From assembly GCA_963744995.1 (NCBI GenBank), contig CAVUWA010000004.1, forward strand, positions 192,001 through 256,000: 64,000 bases of DNA, in the 5' to 3' direction. This DNA comes from Candidatus Eiseniibacteriota bacterium (GTDB lineage: Bacteria; Eisenbacteria; RBG-16-71-46). Made by a program: the position numbers and the translations under genes. Below the pieces are notes generated by a model. The model saw nothing but the letters and a program-made list of their open reading frames with translations. It did not search any database and was not told the DNA's origin. Shown here one piece after another: positions 1 to 9,306 of the stretch. Position 1 is the stretch's first letter. Every line of letters begins with the position of its first letter.

Positions 1-101
1 GGCACCACGCAGGGTCCGGCGGCGCGTGGCTCGTCTGCCCAATGCGTGGATAAATCGGTGGCGAAGATGACCTGTGCAATGAGATCAGGGCGACGGGCCA
101 C

Positions 102-1016
102 CTACCTCCAAATCATAGTGCCTGCAGCAGCTCCAACGACGAGATGGAACGTAGCTTTGAATCGTGCGGGAGGTCCATCAGGAGCTGGTCTCAACGAGCC
201 CGCGATGGTGAGGTCCGGCGAATCGCGAACAAGGGCTCCATCCGGCGTTGCACCGAGAGAGAGTTCCGCGACGCCGGGGCCTTTGCAGTAGAGCTGAGAG
301 GAGTTTGACGCCTCAGCCATTGACCCTGTGACCTGCTTGAATCCTAGACTGTATTGGTTGGTCAAGAGCGGCACTCCTCCGCCAGTCTGGATTGAGAGCT
401 CCGCTCGGTGGGCTGGGAGCGTCACAAGATCGGCTGAGAGTGGCGTCACGTAAAGCCTGAGCGTGGCACCCAGGCTCCAGCCAGTCGGACTGTTGGCCGG
501 GCCGATTCTTACCTCTCCCGACAGCACCTCGATTTCCGGCGCGCGAAGGATCGGAACGAGCATCCGTACGAGATCCGAGTGGACCGCAGTCCTCGTCCGT
601 GTACCGTCTCGCCAAGGTACCTCGTGTGTCGGGTGTCCCTTCTCGTTCTCCGCGTGCACCGTGCGGATGACATACGGGGGAGTCACTGGATCGAACGCCA
701 GGACGAGAGCCGCCTCAGCATGCGCGAGCCGCATGACCGGCGCCTCGCCTTGAAAGCACGCGGAGACCTGGTCCCACCATGGGGCAGGATTAGCGTGGTT
801 CGGGTGGATTTCGCCGGTCTTCTCGTCGACGCCAACCAGCCACAAGTACTGCTCTCCGCGCGCCGCATTCGCCATCCCAGCGATCTGTCGGGCCGCCTTT
901 TGCGTGTCCTCTGGTAGTTCGCGCTTGAACTCGACGCCATCGTCTTCGCTGGTTGATCCACTTCTGAGCCTGTCGAGCGCACGAAGAGCGCGATGTTCGA
1001 TCTGGACGAGGTTCAT
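102..1016 (-). CDS. Schlafen/AlbA_2 domain protein with beta-rich C-terminal domain
   Basis: Motifs EDDGVEFKRE and IAGMANARGEQYLWLVGVDE match the AlbA_2 pattern (E..VEFK...A.AN..GG.l.iGV.d). Start taken at ATG 1016 (MNLVQIE). Confidence 0.75.
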   Translation of the reverse strand: MNLVQIEHRALRALDRLRSGSTSEDDGVEFKRELPEDTQKAARQIAGMANAARGEQYLWLVGVDEKTGEIHPNHANPAPWWDQVSACFQGEAPVMRLAHAEAALVLAFDPVTPPYVIRTVHAENEKGHPTHEVPWRDGTRTRTAVHSDLVRMLVPILRAPEIEVLSGEVRIGPANSPTGWSLGATLRLYVTPLSADLVTLPAHRAELSIQTGGGVPLLTNQYSLGFKQVTGSMAEASNSSQLYCKGPGVAELSLGATPDGALVRDSPDLTIAGSLRPAPDGPPARFKATFHLVVGAAAGTMIWR

Positions 1017-1237
1017 GTGCACATCCGATGGCCAGGTTGGGAGAGGATTAGGTCGCTCAGTTCGCAGCGGGCAGGTGAGCCGTTGCACACTCCCAATCCG
1101 GTCCCCACAACGCAGAACCGTCACCGCGACCGCGCTTCCCCCGCGGTCAACCAACCCGGCATCAACGGGTCGCCTTGGCGAAGTGATGCAGGCCGTGGAC
1201 CGCCGATCATGTGACCGACTAAGGTCCCTCAACCATG

Positions 1238-1246
1238 TGATATAAC
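1238..1246 (+). promoter_or_regulatory. Possible extended -10 promoter (TGnTATAAC) for the DISARM operon
   Basis: TGATATAAC about 70 bp upstream of the drmD start, in the divergent intergenic region. No clear -35. Confidence 0.3.
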
Positions 1247-1315
1247 CAGTGCCTCTCGCAACTGTCCTGATTCAACACGCCGAGGGGCATCCCCCCGGCA
1301 GCCTTGGAGCCCTTG

Positions 1316-4300
1316 ATGGCCGCCATCCCCGAGATCGGCCAGCTGGTCCGCGTGCGCCAGCGGCGCTACGTCGTCACAGACGTGCGCCCCAGCGCTCAGC
1401 CGCGCGATGGACTCGTCCTCGCCGAAACCCATAATCTCGTTGAGATTTCCTCCGTCGAGGACGACGCCTACGGGGAGGAACTCTCAGTCATCTGGGAATT
1501 GGAGCCTGGCGCACGCCCAGATGACGCGCGTGACCTCCCGACTCCCACTGGATTCGACGAGCCGGCCCGCTTCGACGCCTTTATGGACGCCGTCCGCTGG
1601 GGTGCGATCGCCTCAGCGGACCTGAAGGCGCTCCAGTCCCCGTTCCGCAGCGGGATCGCCTTCGAGGATTTCCAGCTCGAGCCTGTTGCCCGAGCACTCC
1701 AGATGCCGAGAGCAAACCTCCTCATCGCCGACGACGTTGGCCTCGGCAAGACCATCGAGGCCGGCCTTGTTCTCCAGGAGTTGCTCCTGCGTCATCGGGC
1801 GCGCCGCGTACTCGTGCTGTGCCCCTCCGCACTGCAGATCAAGTGGCGCGACGAACTGCACGACAAGTTTGGGCTTGAGTTCCGTATCGTCGACGCGGAG
1901 TGCATGCGCGACCTGCGTAGGCGCCGCGGGCCTCACGTGAATCCCTGGGGACACCATTCCGCGGCTCATCACGTCGTTCGACTACCTCAAGCGCGATCGC
2001 CCACTCCAGCTCTTCCGCCAGCAGTTGCCGGGCGGAAACCAGCCGAGATACCCGCGCCGCTTCGACCTGCTCATCCTGGATGAGGCGCACAACATGGCCC
2101 CGTCAGGCCGCGGCCGATACGCGACCGATTCCCTACGGACGCAGTTGCTCCGCGAGATCGCGCCGCACTTCGAGCACCGGCTGTTCTTGACCGCCACCCC
2201 GCACAACGGTTACTCGGAGAGCTTCAGCGCTTTGCTCGCCCTTCTCGACGATCAGCGCTTCGTGCGGGGAGTCGAGCCCGACGCAGTGCAGCTGCGCACC
2301 GTGATGGTGCGGCGTCTCAAGGATGAGCCCGAAATTCGCGAGTGGGACGGCAAACGACGATTCCCGGAGCGCCAGGTCGTACCCCTCCAGGTCGACTACA
2401 CGCCCGACGAGCGCGCCCTTCACGTTGATCTGCAGCGATACTCGGAGTTGCTGCTCGATCGCTCGCGCGCCGCCGGCCAGGGCTTCGCGGCCGAGTTCGT
2501 GCTCAAGCTGCTCAAGAAACGGCTGTTCTCCTCGCCCCAAGCGTTCCACGACACGCTTGAAGAGCATGCTCGCACCATGAACTCAAAGGAGAAGGAGGCC
2601 GCCGCGGACGCTTCGGCGCGCGCTCTTGCGCGCCGGGTGGGAGACCTCGACGAGGAGTTCGCTGACGACGAGCATCACGAGGAGTCGACTGCGGAGGCCA
2701 CTCGTCAGGCCTCGCGGATGCTGCCTGCGCCCTCCAAAGAGGAGCGGGCCCTGCTCCGCTCCCTGCGCGAACGTGCGGAACAGGCATTGGGGCGTCCGGA
2801 CGCCCGCGCCGCAAGACTCCTCCGTTGGCTACAGGACACTCTGAAACCCGGCGGCCGCTGGAACGAAACCCGGGTCATCATCTTCACCGAGTACCGCTCC
2901 ACCCAACGCTGGCTCGCCGAGCTGCTGGCAACTGAAGGCTTCGCGGGAGAGGAGCGCCTCGAGCTTCTCTATGGGGGGATGGAGACCAAACGCCGTGAGG
3001 CCGTGAAGGCGGCTTTCCAGGCAAGTCCGGAGGTGGCAAAGGTGCGGATCCTGCTCGCGACGGACGCCGCGTCGGAAGGCATCGACCTTCAGAACCATTG
3101 CCACCAGCTGCTGCACAACGAGATCCCTTGGAACCCCATGCGGCTCGAGCAGCGCAACGGTCGTGTCGACCGTCGCGGCCAACAGGCCGAGGCCGTGCTC
3201 ATTCACCACTTTGTTCCTAAGGGCTACGAAAGCGGGCGTGAGGATCCCCAGGTCCCGGTCGGGCAACTCGAAGGCGACCTCGAGTTCCTTGCTCGCGCTG
3301 TCGAGAAAGTCGAAAGGATTCGGTACGACCTGGGCAAGGTGGGGCCGGTTATTGCGGATCAGGTGTCCGAGGCGATGCTCGGGGTACGTCGCCAACTTGA
3401 TACGCGGACAGCGGAGAGCGATGGCAAGCGCATCCGCGGCAAGCTCACCTTCGAGCGCAAGCTGGCAGAGGACCTCCGGCGGCTCGCCGGGCAGCTCCAC
3501 GAGACGCGCCAGGGTATGCACCTCGATCCCGCCAATATCCACCATGTAGTTGCGACTGGACTTGAGGTTGCAGAGCGACCACCGCTCGAACCCGTCAAGG
3601 TCAGACGCAAGGATCGAGACGGTCACTCCCACACGATCGACGCATGGCACCTGCCGCCCCTCGAGGGAAGTTGGGCTGCCTGCCACGAGGGCCTCGCGCA
3701 CCCCCACACGCACGTGATCCGGCCCATCGTCTTCGATCCTGCGCTCGCTGACGGGCATGATGACGTCGTGCTGGCACACCTTCACCATCGACTGGTGGCG
3801 ATGTGCCTTCGACTCTTGCGCGGCGAGGTATGGAGCAGTACAGGCCGTCGGTTGCTCCATCGTGTGACGGCCCGCATTGCGCCCGATACCGCGTTGCGGC
3901 ACCCGGTGGTCGTTGCGCATGGCCGGATCGTGGTGTTGGGTGGCGACCATCGGCGCGTGCACGAACAGATCATCGCCGCCGGGGGCAGCCTGGAGGAGGG
4001 GCGCTTCGCGCGCCTCAACGTGGGCCAGGTCGACGCCGCGCTCGCAGCCGCCACGGTCGACATGCCAGCCGAGCGGGTGAGCAAGCGCTTTGTCGAGCGA
4101 TGGGCGGACATCCACGAATCGCTGGATCGTGCCCTTGAAGCCCGCATGAAGGCGGTTTCCGAGGGTCTCGCCAAGCGTCTCGGCGAACGCGCCGAGAAGG
4201 AGGCGGATGACATCACCAGCACCCTTGAAGAGCTGGCCCGCGGCATTCGCAAGGAGCTGGAGGCAGAGCCCCCAGAGCAATTGGACCTCTGGCAGGAAAG

Positions 4301-4472
4301 CGAACGCCAACAGCGCAATCGCGATCGTGAAGAGCTGCGCCAACGGCTGGAACGAATTCCCACCGAGATTGCGGAGGAACGCGCGCTCATCGCCAAGCGG
4401 TACGCAGAGTGCAAGCCACGGTTGTTCCCCGTAGCGGTGACATTCATCGTGCCGGCGAGGTTGGCGCGATGA
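1316..4472 (+). CDS. drmD: DISARM SNF2-like helicase DrmD (frameshift at ~1955, probably a sequencing error)
   Basis: Motifs LIADDVGLGKT, ILDEAH, LTATPHNG, LATDAASEGIDLQ, EQRNGRVDR. The N-terminal ORF (ATG 1316, GGAG RBS) joins the 2025..4472 frame at NPWGH-PRLITSFDYLKR if one base is removed. It precedes the MTase and drmABC. Confidence 0.88.
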
Positions 4473-7400
4473 GCCGGGCCGTCGCGCAACAGCATCTTCT
4501 CTGGCTGCACCTTGCGGAGCACTCTGGCCCGTTCCTGTCCCTGCCCGCCCTGTTGCGCGCATTTCCTCAGGGGCTGGAAAAGCCGCCGCGTGGCGTTGTG
4601 GAGGCCTTGCGCGACCGCAGAGACGAGTGGCGGGCGGCAATCGAGGGACCTCGGCCGGATCTGGCAGTGCACCGCCAATGGTGCCGATTCGTGCTACGCG
4701 AGCTGTTGCGTTGGCCCGACGACTGCGTCCGCGAATCCGGCACCGGCGTCGTGTTGCCAAGTGCGCCCGCACCGCTCAACCGAGAGACGCTGGGCCCTGA
4801 TCTGGCGCTTCTGAATCCCAGCGGGCACGCCCAGGGCGATGCCGTGCGGCTGCTGGTCCAGTTGCATCTACCCGCCCAGGCTCTAGACGAGCCCATCCCA
4901 GGCCGGCCATGGCGCGCAAGCCCTGTGGATCGGATGGTCGAGCTATTGCGAGGAACCGGCATCCGCCTCGGAGTCGTCACCAATGGCGAGCAGTGGCAGC
5001 TCGTGTCACTTGCCCCCGAGAAGATGCCGGGCCTTGCGAACTGGGACGTGGACCTGTGGTTCGACGAGCGGGTGACGCTTGAGGCATTCAGCACCTTGTT
5101 GGAAGCCAAACGGTTCTTCTCGGTCGCGCCCGCGGACACACTCGAGGCCCTTTTTGATGAGAGTGCCGAGCACCAACACGAGGTCACAGACCAGTTGGGC
5201 AAGCAGGTGCGCCGCGCTGTCGAAGTGTTGGTGCAGGCGATTGATCAAGCCGACCGAGATGCAGGTGGTGAGCTGCTAAAGGGCGTGGCGCCCACTGTGG
5301 TTTACGAGGCGGCTCTGACAGTCATGATGCGCCTCGTATTCTTGTTTTCCGCCGAGGAGCGTGGACTCATCGGACAAGGCGTGCCGCTGTACGACCTGCA
5401 CCACGCTGTTTCGACCTTGCGTGAGCAGCTTCAAGACAGCGCCGATCAGCACGGGGAGGAGACTCTCGAGACCCGTCACGACGCCTGGGTCCGGCTCCTG
5501 GCGACGTTTCGCCTCATTCACGGTGGGGCGTCGCACGAGGACCTGAGCGTTCCAGCCTATGGTGGCTCGCTGTTCGACCCGGATCGGTTCACGTTCCTCG
5601 AAGGCAGGCCGCCGGGGACGCACTGGCGGCACAAACCAGCCGAACCGCTGCCGGTGTCGAACCGCACCGTGTTGCACCTGCTCTCGGCCCTGCAGGTGAT
5701 CAAGGTCAACACGCCCGGCGCCGGTGGGGAAGTGCGGCGCCTGTCATTCCGTTCTCTCGACATTGAGAACATTGGCCACGTCTACGAGGGTTTGCTCGAT
5801 CACACGGCACTTCGCGCGTCCCTGCCGAATGCACCGATCCTGGGTCTCGTCGGCAAGTCCGAGCCCGAGATCCCACTGCCCACACTTGAGGGCGTGAAGC
5901 AAAAGGGTGAACAGGCGCTGATCAGGTACTTGAAAGACGAAACCGGCAAGAGCGCCAAGTCCATCGAGCGCGCACTTGCTCAACCGGTCATGCGTGACGA
6001 GGCCCGCGCACTTCGCGCCTGTGGGCAGGATGCTGGGCTCTACGAGCGGGTCAAGCCCTGGCTGGGAATGGTGCGAGATGACACGCTGCAGTACCCGATC
6101 ATTGTGCCGGAAGGCAGCGTGTACGTGACTGCGGGGGTGGAGCGGCGCAGCACGGGGACATACTACACACCGCGCTCTCTCACAGAACCGATCGTGCGAC
6201 ACGCCCTTGAGCCTGTGGTCTTCGAAGGTCCGGCCGAGGGGCTGGCGCCCGAGGAGTGGCGCCTGCGCCCCCCGGATGAGCTGCTCAGCCTCAGAGTGTG
6301 CGACTTCGCCATGGGATCGGGCGCGTTCCTGGTGCAGGCCTGTCGCTACTTGGCGGAGCGGCTGGTCGAGGCCTGGGAAGCAGTGGAGAGAGGGGCTCCG
6401 GCTGGGGTGCGAATCACTCCCGAGGGCGAGCGCTCTCGTGGCGCTCCTAGCGAACGGCTGATCCCGGTCGACGCCGACGAGCGGCGAATCATGGCCATGA
6501 GACTTGTGGCCGATCGCTGTCTCTATGGTGTGGACAAGAATCCGATGGCAGTGGAGATGGCCAAGCTCTCGTTGTGGCTCGCCACCCTCCAGAGAGATCG
6601 GCCATTCAACTTCCTCGACCACGCACTGCGAGCCGGCGACTCGCTGCTAGGTGTGTCTCGGGCGGAGCATCTCGAGTTCTTTGACCTCCAGCCTGCGGCC
6701 GGACAGCAGATCACGATTCTCAGCGAGATGGTGCGGCCAGCACTTGCCGCGGCGGGCGCGAGACGCCGCGAGTTGGAGAGCTTCCCAGTACTGGACATTG
6801 CCGACGCAGAGCGCAAGGCGGCGCTGCTCGCCGAGGCGGACGCAAAGCTGGCAGATTTGCGAGCAATCGCTGACCTCCTCGTGGGCTGCTCGCTTGCTGG
6901 TCAGCGTCGTGGAGTTGACCGGAAGGCGCTAGTCGCCGCGGCTCGAGAGCGGGTGGCCTCTGCTCTTGACGTCCGTAGTTCGCCCGATGACCGGCGCACT
7001 CGAATTGCTGAGATAGAAACCGAGGCGCGTCACCTTCTGGATGACGGAAAGCCCCCGAGCCTGGCGTCCCGCCAACCGTTCCATTGGGCGCTCGAGTTCC
7101 CCGAGGTGTTCGAGCGCGGGGGCTTCGATGCCATGGTGGCGAACCCACCATTTCAGGGCGGCCAGAAGATCACGGGTTCGCTTGGCACAGACTATCGCGA
7201 CTACCTGGTCCAGGTGATTGCGGCAGGCCGTCGCGGCAGCGCCGACCTCGCCGCATATTTCATGTTGCGCGTGGCCCACCTGCTTCGGGACGCGGGGACG
7301 CTAGGGATGATTGCCACGAACACGATCGCACAGGGTGCCACTCGCGAAGTCGGTCTCGAGCAGCTCCTCGGCGACGGTTTTGTGAGCCCCCGTGCGGTGG

Positions 7401-8620
7401 CAAGCCAAGGGTGGCCGGGCGGTGCCAATCTGGAGGTGGCAGTCGTCTGGCTTCGACGCGGGGAGTGGGACAGCGCGCACGTCTTGGACGGGGCGGAAGT
7501 GCCGGGCATCACGCCGTTTCTAACGGCGCCGGGGGCCGTCGAGGGCAAGCCCTTCAGGCTCGTCGCGAACGCCGGAAAGTCGTTCCAAGGCTCGATCGTG
7601 CTCGGAATGGGGTTTGTCTTGGAGCCCGACGAAGCACAGGCGCTGATCGCCAGGGATCCGTGGAACCGCAAGGTCCTTTTCCCTTACCTAAACGGGGAGG
7701 ACCTCAATTCTCGGTGGGACCAGTCGCCGAGCCGGTGGGTTATCAACTTCCAAGACTGGCCCCTGGATCGCGAGAGTGCGCCCGCACGTTACGTCGGTCC
7801 GGTCGCAGCGGACTTTCCTGACTGCCTACGGATCGTGGAGGAGAGAGTGAGGCCCGGGAGGGCGAGGCTCGCAAACGGCGATGCAACGGCCCGAGATCGT
7901 GCGAGGAGATGGTGGCAGTTTGCCCGACAAACGATGAATCTCTACGCCGCGATCGCAGACATGGTGAAGGTACTGGTGGTCTGCCGTGTGACTCATCACC
8001 TCGCGCCCGCCCTAGTTTCAGCAGATCAGGTCTTTGCGGACCGCTTGTACGTCTTTTCGCTACAAAGTCCAGGCGAATTCGCTGTCGTGCAGTCCTCGGT
8101 TCACGATGCGTGGGCACGCAAGTACTCCTCGACCTTCGAAACTAGGCTGAACTATTCAGCCACAGACTGCTTCGAAACGTTCCCTTTTCCGCCCTCGCTT
8201 GAGTCGCTTCGCTCTTTGGGGGACCGCTACGACGCCTGTCGCCGCGCAATCATGACAGGGAGAAAAGAAGGGCTGACGGCGACCTATAATCGCTTCCACT
8301 CCGAGGCGGAGCACTCCGCAGATGTCGTCGAGCTGCGCGAACTCCACGTCGAAATGGACCGCGCCCTCGCGGCTGCCTACGGCTGGTCCGAACTCGACCT
8401 TGGCCACGATTTCCATCAGACGAGGAACGGCCTTCGCTTCACGCTCAGCGAGAAAGCGCACCGCGACGTGCTCGGGCGACTCCTCAAACTCAACCACGAT
8501 CGCTATGCCGAGGAGGTTGCGCAGGGGCTACACGATGTCGGCGCCAAGAGGCCCAAAGAGAAGTCCGCCCGACGCAAGCCAGCGACCCCACCAACATCAG
8601 GGCAAACCGAGCTACTGTGA
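4469..8620 (+). CDS. drmMI: DISARM class I N6-adenine DNA methyltransferase DrmMI (type IIG/Eco57I-MmeI-like)
   Basis: Motifs GTYYTP, motif I CDFAMGSGAFL, YGVDKN, motif IV ANPPF, and a C-terminal TRD-like region. ATGA overlap with drmD. Confidence 0.88.
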   Translation: MSRAVAQQHLLWLHLAEHSGPFLSLPALLRAFPQGLEKPPRGVVEALRDRRDEWRAAIEGPRPDLAVHRQWCRFVLRELLRWPDDCVRESGTGVVLPSAPAPLNRETLGPDLALLNPSGHAQGDAVRLLVQLHLPAQALDEPIPGRPWRASPVDRMVELLRGTGIRLGVVTNGEQWQLVSLAPEKMPGLANWDVDLWFDERVTLEAFSTLLEAKRFFSVAPADTLEALFDESAEHQHEVTDQLGKQVRRAVEVLVQAIDQADRDAGGELLKGVAPTVVYEAALTVMMRLVFLFSAEERGLIGQGVPLYDLHHAVSTLREQLQDSADQHGEETLETRHDAWVRLLATFRLIHGGASHEDLSVPAYGGSLFDPDRFTFLEGRPPGTHWRHKPAEPLPVSNRTVLHLLSALQVIKVNTPGAGGEVRRLSFRSLDIENIGHVYEGLLDHTALRASLPNAPILGLVGKSEPEIPLPTLEGVKQKGEQALIRYLKDETGKSAKSIERALAQPVMRDEARALRACGQDAGLYERVKPWLGMVRDDTLQYPIIVPEGSVYVTAGVERRSTGTYYTPRSLTEPIVRHALEPVVFEGPAEGLAPEEWRLRPPDELLSLRVCDFAMGSGAFLVQACRYLAERLVEAWEAVERGAPAGVRITPEGERSRGAPSERLIPVDADERRIMAMRLVADRCLYGVDKNPMAVEMAKLSLWLATLQRDRPFNFLDHALRAGDSLLGVSRAEHLEFFDLQPAAGQQITILSEMVRPALAAAGARRRELESFPVLDIADAERKAALLAEADAKLADLRAIADLLVGCSLAGQRRGVDRKALVAAARERVASALDVRSSPDDRRTRIAEIETEARHLLDDGKPPSLASRQPFHWALEFPEVFERGGFDAMVANPPFQGGQKITGSLGTDYRDYLVQVIAAGRRGSADLAAYFMLRVAHLLRDAGTLGMIATNTIAQGATREVGLEQLLGDGFVSPRAVASQGWPGGANLEVAVVWLRRGEWDSAHVLDGAEVPGITPFLTAPGAVEGKPFRLVANAGKSFQGSIVLGMGFVLEPDEAQALIARDPWNRKVLFPYLNGEDLNSRWDQSPSRWVINFQDWPLDRESAPARYVGPVAADFPDCLRIVEERVRPGRARLANGDATARDRARRWWQFARQTMNLYAAIADMVKVLVVCRVTHHLAPALVSADQVFADRLYVFSLQSPGEFAVVQSSVHDAWARKYSSTFETRLNYSATDCFETFPFPPSLESLRSLGDRYDACRRAIMTGRKEGLTATYNRFHSEAEHSADVVELRELHVEMDRALAAAYGWSELDLGHDFHQTRNGLRFTLSEKAHRDVLGRLLKLNHDRYAEEVAQGLHDVGAKRPKEKSARRKPATPPTSGQTELL

Positions 8621-8630
8621 GGGGACAGCC

Positions 8631-9227
8631 ATGATCGGTGCCCTCGAGCTGCTTGAAGGCTCTGGCCTCACAGCCCCGGGACTAAGTACATGGGGTGCCG
8701 CGCTTCCGTCGACGAGGCCTGGCGTCTATGTAATCGAGTTCGAGTCGCCGCCCAGCCAGCCGCCATTCGACCTGGCTCGCATTGACGCTTGGCTGGAGTA
8801 CGTGCCTGAACTGCGTCTCTACGGCTTGCGGCCCAAGTCGTTGGAGGTTGCTGAGGCGCTCGCGCGATGGTGGTGGCCGCAGTCGCGTGTTGCATACATC
8901 GGATGCACCGTCCGCCAGACTTTGGCGACACGGGTCCGGCAGTTCGTGAAGCACCAGCTTGGCGATCAGAGACCGCATCGCGGGGGGCAGTGGCTCAAGA
9001 CATTCGCGCCTACCGTTGAGCTCCAAGTATGGTGGGCAGAGACTTCTGCTGCCGAGGCTGAGGACACCGAGACAAGACTGCTCGGCCACTTCAGGAGCGC
9101 GTTGATCGCCTTGGACCCGACGATGGCCCAGCGTCCCATGGTTGAGACGCTTCCCTTCGCGAACCTCCAGACGGGTTCGGGCGCAATCAAACCGCATGGC
9201 CTCACTGGCCAGGTGAGAACGCGATGA
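8631..9227 (+). CDS. GIY-YIG nuclease-family protein
   Basis: PGVYVI...AYIG...LATRV...H, a later helix Glu (AEDTE) and a terminal PFAN. ATG lies 10 bp after the drmMI stop with a GAGGGG RBS. Confidence 0.72.
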   Translation: MIGALELLEGSGLTAPGLSTWGAALPSTRPGVYVIEFESPPSQPPFDLARIDAWLEYVPELRLYGLRPKSLEVAEALARWWWPQSRVAYIGCTVRQTLATRVRQFVKHQLGDQRPHRGGQWLKTFAPTVELQVWWAETSAAEAEDTETRLLGHFRSALIALDPTMAQRPMVETLPFANLQTGSGAIKPHGLTGQVRTR

Positions 9228-9306
9228 CGAGGAGCCTCCCTGCCGGGTAACATGGGACCCCGGCCCTGACCGGGGTGGCGCCGTCCTCACAGTTCCAGAG
9301 GGGTGA

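Noticed and set aside
1..7. GGCACCA at the window start, matching the tRNA-Leu 3' end, as possible attL
   Set aside because: Only 7 bp are visible, and the orientation is inverted relative to the minus-strand tRNA. An att duplication should be a direct repeat.
2829..4772. Long antisense/alternate-frame ORFs (e.g. 2829..4772, 24101..25942, 41429..43405, 57757..59808)
   Set aside because: These are shadow ORFs typical of high-GC DNA. They overlap well-supported genes, are Arg/Ala/Pro-rich and have no motifs.
1316..8620. Calling the SNF2 helicase + MTase a BREX or stand-alone type IIG RM system
   Set aside because: No pglZ or brxC is present, and the downstream helicase-DUF1998-PLD triad defines DISARM.
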